Of a stretch of 64,000 nt of DNA, positions 28,733 to 39,100 are shown one piece after another. Source of the DNA: a bacterium (GTDB taxonomy: Bacteria > Zhuqueibacterota > Zhuqueibacteria > Residuimicrobiales > Krinioviventaceae). The translations under genes and the position numbers were made by a program. The notes beneath the pieces are model-generated. The model saw nothing but the letters and a program-made list of their open reading frames with translations, searched no databases and was not told the origin of the DNA. The stretch's first letter is position 1; each line of letters opens with the position of its first letter. The stretch is taken from positions 2,816,001-2,880,000 of the forward strand of contig OY843751.1 in assembly GCA_963693055.1 (NCBI GenBank). Reading direction: 5' to 3'.

Positions 28733-28945
28733 ATGGAAAACGATTCACTCAAAAGCCTTAAATTAATTGCTGAACGCTTTACAGGTGAACAATTTCAAAT
28801 TAAACTGCAAAGTGACGGCTTGCATTTTACATGCAAAGAACCCGTTTCATTATTTACTTTACAGAAAGTATTGTTTGAAATGGGTTACCAAGCAACAATT
28901 CAGTTTAATAAGAAAGGAAAACAATTTTTGTTATTGCCGTTTTAA
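28733..28945 (+). CDS. Small phage hypothetical protein
   Basis: Start re-placed at MENDS after an AAGGGTT RBS; followed by a terminator hairpin at ~28950-28980. Confidence 0.6.
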   Translation: MENDSLKSLKLIAERFTGEQFQIKLQSDGLHFTCKEPVSLFTLQKVLFEMGYQATIQFNKKGKQFLLLPF

Positions 28946-29044
28946 TTGTAAAAAGCCCCGATTTTTTCGGGGCTTTAAAAAAGGGTTGTAATTATAAAAA
29001 AAAATGATAACATTAAAATCATTAATTAAAATGAGGGTTAAACC

Positions 29045-29242
29045 ATGGAAACAATGACTTGCGTTGATGAATTATTAGAAACATCATTTAAAAAAATCTA
29101 CAACTATGACAAAGAAATACTTGATCTCGAAATTAAACGGGCAAAAGCAATAAAACTAGAATCAGAATTGAGTGAAATTTCTGTAGATGAATTTGAGCAA
29201 AGATATAAAAACTACATCAAAGAAAAAGGAATATCAAAATAA
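29045..29242 (+). CDS. Small phage coiled-coil protein
   Basis: 65 aa; GAGGGTT RBS; followed by a hairpin at ~29248-29283. Confidence 0.55.
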   Translation: METMTCVDELLETSFKKIYNYDKEILDLEIKRAKAIKLESELSEISVDEFEQRYKNYIKEKGISK

Positions 29243-29357
29243 AAAATACCCCCCGGTTTAATTCTTTTATTAATCCGGGGGGATTATATTTAAAAAGTAT
29301 TTTTGATTTTTACCCTTTTTAAAAACTTTTTAACCCCATCCTATCCCCTTGATTTAT

Positions 29358-31619
29358 TTATTTTCCTGTTTGCGTTCTGGCCCCAATTGTATCAACTTGA
29401 TATATAAAAGACAATCCATTAAAACGGGCATCACCTGTCATTGTATCGGTTGCTTGTCCGCCCTCTCTGGAAATAATGATAGATAAAACTGAATTGATTT
29501 CTTTGCCTGTACCAGTAATACTGGCAAAAGATGCCTCTTGTAATGTCCTTGCGACTCCACTACTGGCATCCGTTGTATTGATAACGGTAAATCCTGAATC
29601 CATAATTTCATCTACATCTGTCCATTTATACTGCACCTGCCAGTAAACCGCCCCAGTTACCGCACTCGCTGTAAACCAAGAAACAACCGGCACAATGCTT
29701 GTACCCTCTTTGTAGTCAGTCGGCAAAGTTAGGGTTAATAATAATTGTTCCGAACTGCTGTCATCAAATCGCCACGCAATTAATGACGTGTCAAAGCCAG
29801 GTTGATTTCCGCCCTGTGGAATGATTTGTGTTGTTGAGACCCCAAAGCGTTTAAAAACAATAGCATCCCCGGTAAAGACAATAGTTCCATCACTCTCAAC
29901 TTTTGTAAATCCACCGGATTCACCTAAATAAAATTCTGTACCGGTTAATGGTGAAAGCGTATCGAGTTTAGCACTCGTAAAAGTTGAATCTGCTACCCCT
30001 CCGGAACCGGTCAGATATTGGGAAACGGAATCGGCAAAGGCATCTTTATCAAGTTTATTATTTAACCCGGCTGTTAAATCGCTACCTGTAGCGTAATCCG
30101 ACAAGATAGACGTTAATTCTGTATTCTCTACTAAATACGTATCATTTGCTTGTAATGTACTTACAAAATCCGCTGTATTCAATTTGTCAGATAGTGCGCT
30201 TGTTAATTCGCTGTCTGTTGTATATCCTGAAAGCGTTGTAGATAATTCCGAATCCGTTACATAACTTGATAATGTACTTGAAAAGGTTGAACTTGTAACA
30301 TAGCTTGACAAGGCAGAACTTAATTCCGTATCCTCTGTTAAATAGTCATCATTTGCCTGTAATGTGGTCAGAAAATCACTTGTATTTAATTTTACAGACA
30401 AACCGCTTGCTAACTCTGCATCTGTAGCGTACCCACTCAAAGTTGTTGTTAGTTCACTGTCTGTTGTGTAATCGCTCAAGGTTGTAGATAATTCGGTTTC
30501 CTCAACTAAATAGGAATCATTCGCTTGTAATGTACTTACAAAATCAGTTGTATTTAATTTACTTGAAAGCCCGGAATTCAATTCACTATCTGTTGTATAA
30601 CCATCCAATGTACTTGATAATGATATACTTGTAACATAATATGATAAAGATTCTAATAATTCAGAATCCTCTGTCAAATACCCATCATTAGATTGTAATG
30701 TTGTTAAAAAATCCGCTGTATTTAATTTCCCGGAAATATCGGACGCTACAAGGTAATTGTTATCATAAACATCAAGAAAAGCTGAAAAATCCGCAGTATC
30801 TAATTTTGTAGACAAGGCCGCATTTAATTCTGTATCCTCTGTTAAATACGAATCATTTGCCTGTAATGTTGCTAAGAAATCACTTGAATTCAATTTAGCA
30901 GACAATCCACTTGTCAACTCTGCATCTGTAGCGTAACCACTCAAAGCCGTTGTTAACTCACTGTCTGTAGTATATCCTGACAAAATACTTGTCAATTCTG
31001 TAGCTTCAACTAAATAGGAATCATTTGCATATAAATTGCTCAAAAAATCAGTAATATTTAATTTCAAATCCAAACTATCCGACAATTGAGACAGAGTAAC
31101 CCCGCCCCAGGTCAACTCTGCAAGAGTTTTTGATCCGGTCACAGAATCAACAAAAACCAAATTGTTTGAACCGTCTTTGATTATGTATGTAGTATTATTT
31201 GCAATAAAAAAGGTATCGGCTAAAACGGAAATAAAAGTGGAATCAATAGCCCCGTCGCCGGTACCAGTTGCCAAATCCGACAAACTTTTTACCCCGGTTG
31301 CAGGATCTTTGAAATAAAGATTGCTCCCAGATTGCCACAACCGCATTGTTTTCGCAATATTAAAATTTAATCCTGTGCTGTCTATCTCAAAAAGCATATC
31401 GCCGGATTTATTAAAAACCCTCACAAGACAACTATCATTTGATGGGGAAATGATGACCGCCCCGGAATCAATTTCTGCAATGGTCGCACCATGCTCAACC
31501 GATTCATCTAAAAACACCGTTGTTTCTGGTCTTTTAATTACTCTTGTACTTGCGAAAACAACGGTAATAAATAATAATAAAATTAATATACCGTATCTTT
31601 TAAAACCTGATCTTTTCAT
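29358..31619 (-). CDS. Tail-fibre-like repetitive protein with N-terminal signal peptide
   Basis: Last gene of the tail module; many YxTDxELxxxLSx and KLNTxDFxxTLQANDxYL repeats; beta-rich C-terminal head; N-terminus MKRSGFKRYGILILLLFITVVFA. Confidence 0.65.
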   Translation of the reverse strand: MKRSGFKRYGILILLLFITVVFASTRVIKRPETTVFLDESVEHGATIAEIDSGAVIISPSNDSCLVRVFNKSGDMLFEIDSTGLNFNIAKTMRLWQSGSNLYFKDPATGVKSLSDLATGTGDGAIDSTFISVLADTFFIANNTTYIIKDGSNNLVFVDSVTGSKTLAELTWGGVTLSQLSDSLDLKLNITDFLSNLYANDSYLVEATELTSILSGYTTDSELTTALSGYATDAELTSGLSAKLNSSDFLATLQANDSYLTEDTELNAALSTKLDTADFSAFLDVYDNNYLVASDISGKLNTADFLTTLQSNDGYLTEDSELLESLSYYVTSISLSSTLDGYTTDSELNSGLSSKLNTTDFVSTLQANDSYLVEETELSTTLSDYTTDSELTTTLSGYATDAELASGLSVKLNTSDFLTTLQANDDYLTEDTELSSALSSYVTSSTFSSTLSSYVTDSELSTTLSGYTTDSELTSALSDKLNTADFVSTLQANDTYLVENTELTSILSDYATGSDLTAGLNNKLDKDAFADSVSQYLTGSGGVADSTFTSAKLDTLSPLTGTEFYLGESGGFTKVESDGTIVFTGDAIVFKRFGVSTTQIIPQGGNQPGFDTSLIAWRFDDSSSEQLLLTLTLPTDYKEGTSIVPVVSWFTASAVTGAVYWQVQYKWTDVDEIMDSGFTVINTTDASSGVARTLQEASFASITGTGKEINSVLSIIISREGGQATDTMTGDARFNGLSFIYQVDTIGARTQTGK

Positions 31620-31635
31620 TTTTTACCTTTCATTA

Positions 31636-31893
31636 TTAAAGTTCTGTGGCGGGAATTGCTTTTCTGGCAAAATACCGATTAAACCAAATACCATTAACGT
31701 AAACGTCATAATGTTCATTGTCTTGTATTGCAGAAACCGGGGTATAAAGCCCGTTTCCTCTGTGCGTACATGCTATAGCGTCATCTGGATAAGTCCCATT
31801 GATTGAACAAAATTCCATAGTATAAAACGCCGTGTCTGGGAGACCATTATCAAGACTTGTAATTATAACAGCCGCCTTTGTAAAACTTGCCAT
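31636..31893 (-). CDS. Small tail-module protein
   Basis: 85 aa beta-rich ORF between the tail-tip genes and the fibre gene. Confidence 0.5.
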   Translation of the reverse strand: MASFTKAAVIITSLDNGLPDTAFYTMEFCSINGTYPDDAIACTHRGNGLYTPVSAIQDNEHYDVYVNGIWFNRYFARKAIPATEL

Positions 31894-31905
31894 TAGTACC
31901 CTTTC

Positions 31906-32331
31906 CTATATTGTTAGTCTGTCATCAGGGGCTAATACTGCAATGCGATCAACACCGCCCCACGTTTCAATAAACGTTAACTCAATTTCTGTTTTTGCCG
32001 CTTTCAATCCTACCGCATAAAATGACGGAACACCCGGCAAAATCTTAACACCTGTACATTGTTCCGGGTTGTTTGCATAGTCCCAGTAAAATTCAATTAT
32101 ACCCCTGTGATCTCTCAAGGCTTCAATTTTATCAATCGTTTCTTGTAATTCTGTAATAATCGTTACATTAAATACCCTGTAAGGAATACCGGTAAATATT
32201 AAACGGGGTTTTCTGTTTTGCTGTATTTGAATCACAAAAGAACGCTTTGAATTTATTGAGACCTGTGAAACCTCAAAATATTTGAAATTTGTTTCACTTA
32301 AATTATATTTTAGTTTTAAAACGTCTGTCAT
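31906..32331 (-). CDS. Distal-tail-like protein, paralog 3
   Basis: Shares YWDYxNNPxQCTxVK..P...FY.VGL.AA..EIE.TF with 32331-32714. Confidence 0.5.
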   Translation of the reverse strand: MTDVLKLKYNLSETNFKYFEVSQVSINSKRSFVIQIQQNRKPRLIFTGIPYRVFNVTIITELQETIDKIEALRDHRGIIEFYWDYANNPEQCTGVKILPGVPSFYAVGLKAAKTEIELTFIETWGGVDRIAVLAPDDRLTI

Positions 32332-32714
32332 TAAATCGCCTCGATTTCAACAAAAGTGATTTCAATTTCCTGATTTGCCGCAACCAAACCAACATTATAG
32401 AAAAATGGCAATTCAGGAATCAATTTAACAGTAGTGCATTGACCGGGGTTATTTTGATAATCCCAGTACAAAGATAATTGCCCGGTCAAACTGTTTATAA
32501 AATTAATCTTTTCGATTGTCTCGGTTGTAAATGTAAAAAATGTTACAATAAATTTTCTCGTATTAACCCCCCAATATTGCAAGTGGGGTTTTCTGTTTTG
32601 ATATTTTTGTATTATGAATTCCCGGCTTGTTTGTATCTCAACTTTATTAATTGAAAATTCATCAAATAACAAGGAATCAGATTCATCATATACAATATTT
32701 AAAATATCTGCCAA
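32331..32714 (-). CDS. Distal-tail-like protein, paralog 2
   Basis: Clear paralog of 31906-32331 and similar to 35727-36110. Confidence 0.5.
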   Translation of the reverse strand: MADILNIVYDESDSLLFDEFSINKVEIQTSREFIIQKYQNRKPHLQYWGVNTRKFIVTFFTFTTETIEKINFINSLTGQLSLYWDYQNNPGQCTTVKLIPELPFFYNVGLVAANQEIEITFVEIEAI

Positions 32715-32718
32715 GTCA

Positions 32719-35700
32719 TTAACTCCAAGTTGTTTCTGGAATATCTAACGCTTCAAACTCAAAGTAAACACCATTATCAAATATGATGGATTTTGATGTA
32801 ATTGTGGTCAATAACTCAAATTCTGGGGAATCACTTTTTATCTTTATTTTATCACCAATTTGCAAGCTATAACCCCGTAAATCAGTATTAAAGACAACGC
32901 CCCTTATACCGTCCCTGTGAATATTGAATTTTATTCCCGCTACATAATCCGCTAAACTCTCTGAATAAATTCCCGGCAAATACAGCTCCCCAGAAATTAG
33001 AATACCAGTTCTCCAATAGCTTTTATTTTTCCGGTCTGTACCCTCAAAGGTTTTATTGTTTAAATATTCCCCTGTCAGGAAATCCAAACCCCAAAATAAA
33101 TTAATATCATTAACCATTTCGTAATTCTTAAAATACGGGTCAGGAATCAACAACCCCGAATCACTATCAATTTCTATAGGTGTTTCTGATCTCTCCCGGA
33201 ATGAGAAAACATTTTCCCGGCCCCAACTATCTGGGTATGTAAACGCATCAAAATGCCCCCCAATGGTTTCAATGGCTTCAAGTACAGTAATTTCCCTTTC
33301 CATTGTAATAGAAATAGCTATACTGTTGTTTTCACAATACAAATATTCAGCATCAAAATTGTAATCTAAATCAGGGCTTGAAATTTGTTCCCAAATCACA
33401 TTAGAACCCGCCGCCTTAGTTGTACCAGAATACGCGCTTGCAAGATTCAATGTTATAAAAGGCGGGTAACTGTTTTGAATATCCATTCCCGAAACGGTTA
33501 CGCTTGTACCGTTAATACTCAATGAATGTCCATTTTTCAAAAATACCGGTATTTGTACATCTATTGTTACAACTGTAGCACCCGGAACCAATGCCCCCCG
33601 CAATGTTCCTATAGTTTTTTCCCCAAAATAACTACTCCCATTAATTGATTTTTTGGGAATACCTGCGTAATTAACAAGTAAATCATAAAGGATATTTACA
33701 GGGTTTTCATTCTCCCATGAAACACCTGTTGTAAAAGTTATAACATCCCCGCCACCTATCGAACCGCCCCAAGCCGCCGGGGTTATGGTTAATTGTTCGC
33801 CTTGTGTACTAAATTTTTCTGTTGAATATTTGTACACATTAAAACCTGATGAACCGGGGTAATAAATGTAACCAGATTCAACCACTAACCACATATTGTA
33901 TGAACCTACATAATCAGGAGGACAAGCTGGCGAATATATTGTTTCGTAATGTACAGGATTTTCCGGGTCTGTGCCTATATCAAATATGGTTATAGCACCA
34001 TCATAGCCATTTATGGAAAATAAAAAACTCCCATCAATATCTAAACCATAACCGCCTAAAAAATACGGTTTTCCATCATAAACAAAAGTATTTGCAATTA
34101 CTGGATTGCTTGGGTCAGAAATGTTTGCAATTACTAATGTACTTTCACCTTTGCCGCCCTTCATGTAGGCGTAATCCCCTAAAATACGAATATTCACACA
34201 ACCCACCGGCAAATCAAACACAGTTACTAATGTCGGGGCTGTAGGTGTTGTGTTGATGTCAAAAATAACCAATTTTTTATATGTTGGTGAAACGGTGTAT
34301 AAATAATCCCCATCAATTACAGATTCGTAACATTGAATCATATAATAAGGATATTCTTGCCCACCAATCCTTGTAACATAGGTTATATTGTAGGGATCAC
34401 TGATATTGAAAATATATACATAATCGTGCCCGGTTGCATAAAGATAATTTCCGTTAACAATTGCAGTATAAAAAAAAGCGTCATCAGGAACACCATTTTG
34501 CCCCGCTACAATTGAACCTGCATAGCTTGGTGTTAAAACATTACCAACAAGAATGCATTGTATTGCACCTACAACGTCACTACCAACAGGGTAATCGTGA
34601 ACAATAAAAACATAATTATCTTTTTTTGTAACACTGCTATAAAAAACAAATTCATCTGAATATGATGTTTCTGACCTACAAATCACATTTTCTGGGTCAT
34701 CAACATCTAAAATTACAAGGTCTCTGCTGTTCGTACCTGCCAAATAAATATATCTATTATCTTTAATGTATTGATAAAAAACACTGTCTAAAGCATCGAC
34801 CTCACTTCTGCCAATTAACCCAAGCAACCGGTTACAACTTCTCCCGGTTTCTCCCGGCCCTTTTAATGTATAGTCAGTTGTACCGTTAAATGTTGCAGAC
34901 CATTGCCCTAATTTGCAACCAGATTTAGGGTAAACCTCTGAAATATCAAAGGTCGGGTTTATTTCATCATTCCAATAACTAGAATCAATCAGGGTGCCGC
35001 TTTCATTTGGTATCATTAATTTTGTACTATCTGTATCGGCACCAGTCAATTCTTTATTCAACAACTCAATTTTATAATCACCAATGGTTACTAACAATTG
35101 TTCGTCAACACTTTCAGGGGATTTCATCATTACCCCCCTGTATAAAATTAAAGGGTTAGCAGTTGAATCACTAACAAGCTGAATTTGAATTGTTTCCCTG
35201 AATGTGTTCATGTATACCAAAGAACCTAATGCAAAGCTACGGCCTACCCTGCCAGTTAACTCAATTGTATCAAAAGTTGCACCGGTGGTAAAACTATTTA
35301 CCGTTACTTGTACGGTACCAATAGAACTCCCCTCCTCATAATCTGGGCCGGTTACCTTGATTGTTTGGCCCGCATGAAATTCCACACCCTTAATCTTTTT
35401 AATTTTAATCAAGGTTTCTGAATAATGTACAGATTCATACAATTCAACCTGTACGTTGTAAAAAGGGCTTTTTGAATTGTATGGGTTTAAAAACCCGTCC
35501 GGGTCTTTTAATGAAACCGATACATCTTTTAAAATTGGCCTACGTTCATAGTTTACACTCAATTCACGTTCGGTAATTATTTGCGTACATGAATCAATTC
35601 CGTATCTACCGGATAAAATCACATTTCTATTTTCAGGGTCTAAAACAAATTCTAATGAAAGCGATAAACCTGCAACTTTCTCTATAGCATTTTTCCAGTC

Positions 35701-35739
35701 TGTAGGTAAATTTGTGTAATCTGGCATTATTTCAAGCAC
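32719..35739 (-). CDS. Tail-tip/baseplate hub protein with inserted LVIVD-repeat beta-propeller
   Basis: 1006 aa; repeated GNYLY/GDYAY...LVIxDISxPxNP units; ENPVNILYDLL hub-like motif; second gene after the tape measure. Confidence 0.7.
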   Translation of the reverse strand: MLEIMPDYTNLPTDWKNAIEKVAGLSLSLEFVLDPENRNVILSGRYGIDSCTQIITERELSVNYERRPILKDVSVSLKDPDGFLNPYNSKSPFYNVQVELYESVHYSETLIKIKKIKGVEFHAGQTIKVTGPDYEEGSSIGTVQVTVNSFTTGATFDTIELTGRVGRSFALGSLVYMNTFRETIQIQLVSDSTANPLILYRGVMMKSPESVDEQLLVTIGDYKIELLNKELTGADTDSTKLMIPNESGTLIDSSYWNDEINPTFDISEVYPKSGCKLGQWSATFNGTTDYTLKGPGETGRSCNRLLGLIGRSEVDALDSVFYQYIKDNRYIYLAGTNSRDLVILDVDDPENVICRSETSYSDEFVFYSSVTKKDNYVFIVHDYPVGSDVVGAIQCILVGNVLTPSYAGSIVAGQNGVPDDAFFYTAIVNGNYLYATGHDYVYIFNISDPYNITYVTRIGGQEYPYYMIQCYESVIDGDYLYTVSPTYKKLVIFDINTTPTAPTLVTVFDLPVGCVNIRILGDYAYMKGGKGESTLVIANISDPSNPVIANTFVYDGKPYFLGGYGLDIDGSFLFSINGYDGAITIFDIGTDPENPVHYETIYSPACPPDYVGSYNMWLVVESGYIYYPGSSGFNVYKYSTEKFSTQGEQLTITPAAWGGSIGGGDVITFTTGVSWENENPVNILYDLLVNYAGIPKKSINGSSYFGEKTIGTLRGALVPGATVVTIDVQIPVFLKNGHSLSINGTSVTVSGMDIQNSYPPFITLNLASAYSGTTKAAGSNVIWEQISSPDLDYNFDAEYLYCENNSIAISITMEREITVLEAIETIGGHFDAFTYPDSWGRENVFSFRERSETPIEIDSDSGLLIPDPYFKNYEMVNDINLFWGLDFLTGEYLNNKTFEGTDRKNKSYWRTGILISGELYLPGIYSESLADYVAGIKFNIHRDGIRGVVFNTDLRGYSLQIGDKIKIKSDSPEFELLTTITSKSIIFDNGVYFEFEALDIPETTWS

Positions 35740-36110
35740 TCCATAAAAGTTAAATTATGTTCAATATTTGCCGCCGGTTGGCCATAATAAAATAATTGCT
35801 CATTGTATTCAGGATATAAAAAGGCGGTTATCTTTTTACTTTCATCATTTTGATATTGGTAATAAATATCCATTTCTTGACATTCATCAACAATCTGTTT
35901 GATCTTATCTTTTGTAGTTCTGTATTTCTCATAAAATGTCAATGTTAAAACATTCCATTCATCACCTTTTGTTTTCAAGTCTGGTAATTGCTTGTCATTC
36001 CCCAGTAACTCACATTCAGTTGTTGGTACTAATTTTCCTGCAATGGCTTCATCTTGCAAAAAGTCAATGTTTGTACCGTCTTTTAAAACTATTTTAACAG
36101 CTATTCCCAT
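35727..36110 (-). CDS. Distal tail (Dit-like) protein, paralog 1
   Basis: Immediately follows the tape measure; TKDKI...IYYQYQN...FYYG..AA.IE..LTF.E matches the two downstream paralogs. Confidence 0.5.
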   Translation of the reverse strand: MGIAVKIVLKDGTNIDFLQDEAIAGKLVPTTECELLGNDKQLPDLKTKGDEWNVLTLTFYEKYRTTKDKIKQIVDECQEMDIYYQYQNDESKKITAFLYPEYNEQLFYYGQPAANIEHNLTFMECLK

Positions 36111-36128
36111 TTTTCAAAAACTCCATTA

Positions 36129-39100
36129 TTACGGTTTAAATGGTTCTCTGGTTGTCTGCCTGTTGCGTTCATTAAACTTAATTCTTGGTTGTATCGTGTT
36201 ATCTACGTACTCATATTCCCAAGTAGTCCGGGGGCCGGGATTTTTGATAATCACAGTAGGCGGGTTAATTACCGGGTTAAAATTTATTTGACCTTTAGAA
36301 TTACCCAATACTGTAGAATCGAGAGTATTATTAAAAGCCGCTAAACGGTCGGCCCCAAATTTGGATGTTACGTCACGTCTCAAGATAAATTCATTAGCCT
36401 GTACGGTTGCAAGTCTTTCATCTGAATTTAAACCGCCTGAATGAAATTTCACCAAGTTCCCACGTTTATCATAATTTTTTCGGCCCTTAACTTCATTTTC
36501 TTCTAAACCACTTAAATATATTTTGAGTTTTTTAAGCTCATTTTTGGCTTCTGAAATATCAACATTTAGTGTAATGATCTTGTCAAAAACTTCTTTCATT
36601 TTTCCATCTACAACGTCCAAATCATCAAGCAAGGGTTGAATCTCTGCAGTAAATTCAATTTCATTTTGTTGATATTCTCCTAATAATTCATCAAGAATAC
36701 CCTGTAAATATGACCCTCCATCTGATACGTCTTGCTCAAACATTTCTGTTGCCGCATCCCTGTCAATAACTCCACCCATTGCCTGATATTGTTTTATTAA
36801 AGCGTCAAGTTGTTTTTTATAATCTCTATAGGCTTCGCTGTCAGGATCAAGCGTACCTAAAAAATCTTGCATCCTAACAATTGCAGAATTGATTTCGCCC
36901 TCAACTCCAGAACCCTCTAAATCTTCGCCGAAATATGATAATTTACTCAAAGCATCCGCCGCTAAATCCATATCTGACGTAAAATTATCATAATCTTGAA
37001 AAAGATTATCCAGTAACCCACTCCACTCTATATTTAATCGCTTTGTAACTCCTGTGATTTCTTCAAGTATCTCATACAGTTCATAAAAGCCGCCCAAGTT
37101 TCCATGATCCTGCATCATTTCCAAAATAGATTTTTCTTTAAATTGTTCAGGCTCAATGGTAGCAGTATCCCCACCAAACATTTGATGGAAATGATTTTGG
37201 AATGCATCCCTATTATATCCAAAAAGTTCATTCATGTCTGTTACTTGATATTTTGACATTAAATATTCTTGTAATCCCTCGTCATTGAATCCTGAAAAAA
37301 TATCAAGGTTATCAATTTTACCCTGTACCCCCTCCATTTCTAACTCAAGTTCAAGCTGAATTTTATCAAAAGCCTCTTGCTTTTCGTTTATCTCTGCAAT
37401 GATGTCTTTACGTTGTTGGAAAAGGTCGTCAAATTCCGCCTTGAGTTCGGCCCTCAATTCAACTTTTTCATTGATCTCATTTTTAAGGGCTTCCACTTCC
37501 TCCCGTGTGGCTTCAATTTCTTTTTGTTGTTCTTGATAACTGTTATTGGTGGATGTTGTCATTTCATCCGTACCATATTGCAAATCGTACATTCTTGCAA
37601 TTAACGCATCAAGTTCCGCTTTTAAATCTTTATATGCTTGAGAATCCGGGTTTAATTTTGAAAGTTCGTCTTGCATGCCCTTAATGATTTGGCCAACACG
37701 CTCATCCATGTCTGTTTCATCAAAATCAATCCCGTAATATTCCATCTGGTCAAGTATCGCATTAGCTTCCGCCGCCTTACCAGTAGCAGAATCAAACCCC
37801 TCAAACATGGCAAGATGTACCAATTCCCACATGTCCGCAAGTTTTTTAACCGCTTCGGTTTGTTCTTCTACATTTTCGGTAGTATCTTCAAGCTGTATGT
37901 TATGATCTATCAAATATTCATCTAAAGTAGCATATTCACCATTTAAAACCGCAACTGCACCGTGTGCCCTATACACAGACATTGCTAATAGTTGGTATGC
38001 TTCGCTTTGTGGGTCAAGGGTTGCCATTATAGCTAAAGACATATTAATTTGTTCGTTTAATAAATCTATAGCCCCAGAGTAATCATAATTTGGCCCCAAT
38101 AACTCAAAAGCCCGTAAACTTTCCTCAACAAAATAATCAATATTTTCCTTTTGTCCCTCAAAGGCGTAAAGCCCTGCAAACATTGCCGTTAATTTTGCAA
38201 GTTCTTGTTGTGCTTTTTCGGTTAAATCCTCAAGTATAGCAATATTTTTTTCTGCTGAATCTCGAAACGTTTCCGGTATTCTTTGCATTATCGTTTCAAG
38301 GTCTGCAATCTGTTGTAAATATTCATCTATTTGGGCCTCAAGGGTTTCCACCAAACTAGATGAAAAATGCTGTGATAAATCGTCAACAATTTCTTGTGTG
38401 GCAAGGATTTCATCACCAAGTAAACCCATATTGCCAATAATGTCATCAACAGTATACTGTACAATTTCTTTGCTGCCACCGAACAATTCCAGACCGATAT
38501 TAATTGCACCAAGCGCAACAGTAGCAGGATTAAACCCTGATGTAACCATAGTCGCTAAAGATGAACCAATGCTTTTAATCGGTTCGGGGATGCCTGGCAG
38601 TTTTTGTATCATTTGGTCAAGAAATCCCGCATAATCGGCCCACTCATAGTTAGCCGCTTCTGTTGATCCTGCAAGTTTATCCATTGCATCTTTAACCGCT
38701 TGTTGCTCGTCCGGGGTTAACTCATACAAATCTAAAGCACTTTGCAGTCTATCAATATGCTCTTGCTGTGGATCTTTTAAAACATCGTGTGCATCTTTTA
38801 AAACTGCAAGTTTATCTCTATAACCAGAAACAAGTAACGCCCCGTTTGTTAAATATTCATTATAATCTTTTTGAACGGTTCGGGCTTCCCCTGTAACGGT
38901 TGCAATATCGACAAGTGGCTGAGTTTTTAGGTTGTCGGTTAAGGCTTTAGCTGCTCCCGCCGCTGTACCTGTTGCGGTTCCCAAATTTTCAACACTTGTA
39001 CCCAAACTATTTGTAGATTTAACAGATTTGTTTTTGATGTATAAATCAAGTTCCTCAAGTTCATCATAGGAAGCTTGCAACTGGTCGTTTAAATTTTTTG

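Noticed and set aside
27776-28733. Leaderless MIKG... N-terminal extensions starting inside the palindrome (27815, 28694)
   Set aside because: In frame for two cassettes, but out of frame at 28577 and absent at 63009; good RBSs precede the downstream ATGs.
26292-29300. Integron-like cassette array
   Set aside because: No integron integrase or attC GTTRRRY/RYYYAAC structure seen; the cassettes carry their own promoters.
30050-31100. CRISPR array or DGR template/variable repeat in the tandem DNA repeats
   Set aside because: The repeats are in-frame, degenerate coding repeats of the fibre gene, with no unique spacers; no cas or reverse transcriptase gene is in the window.
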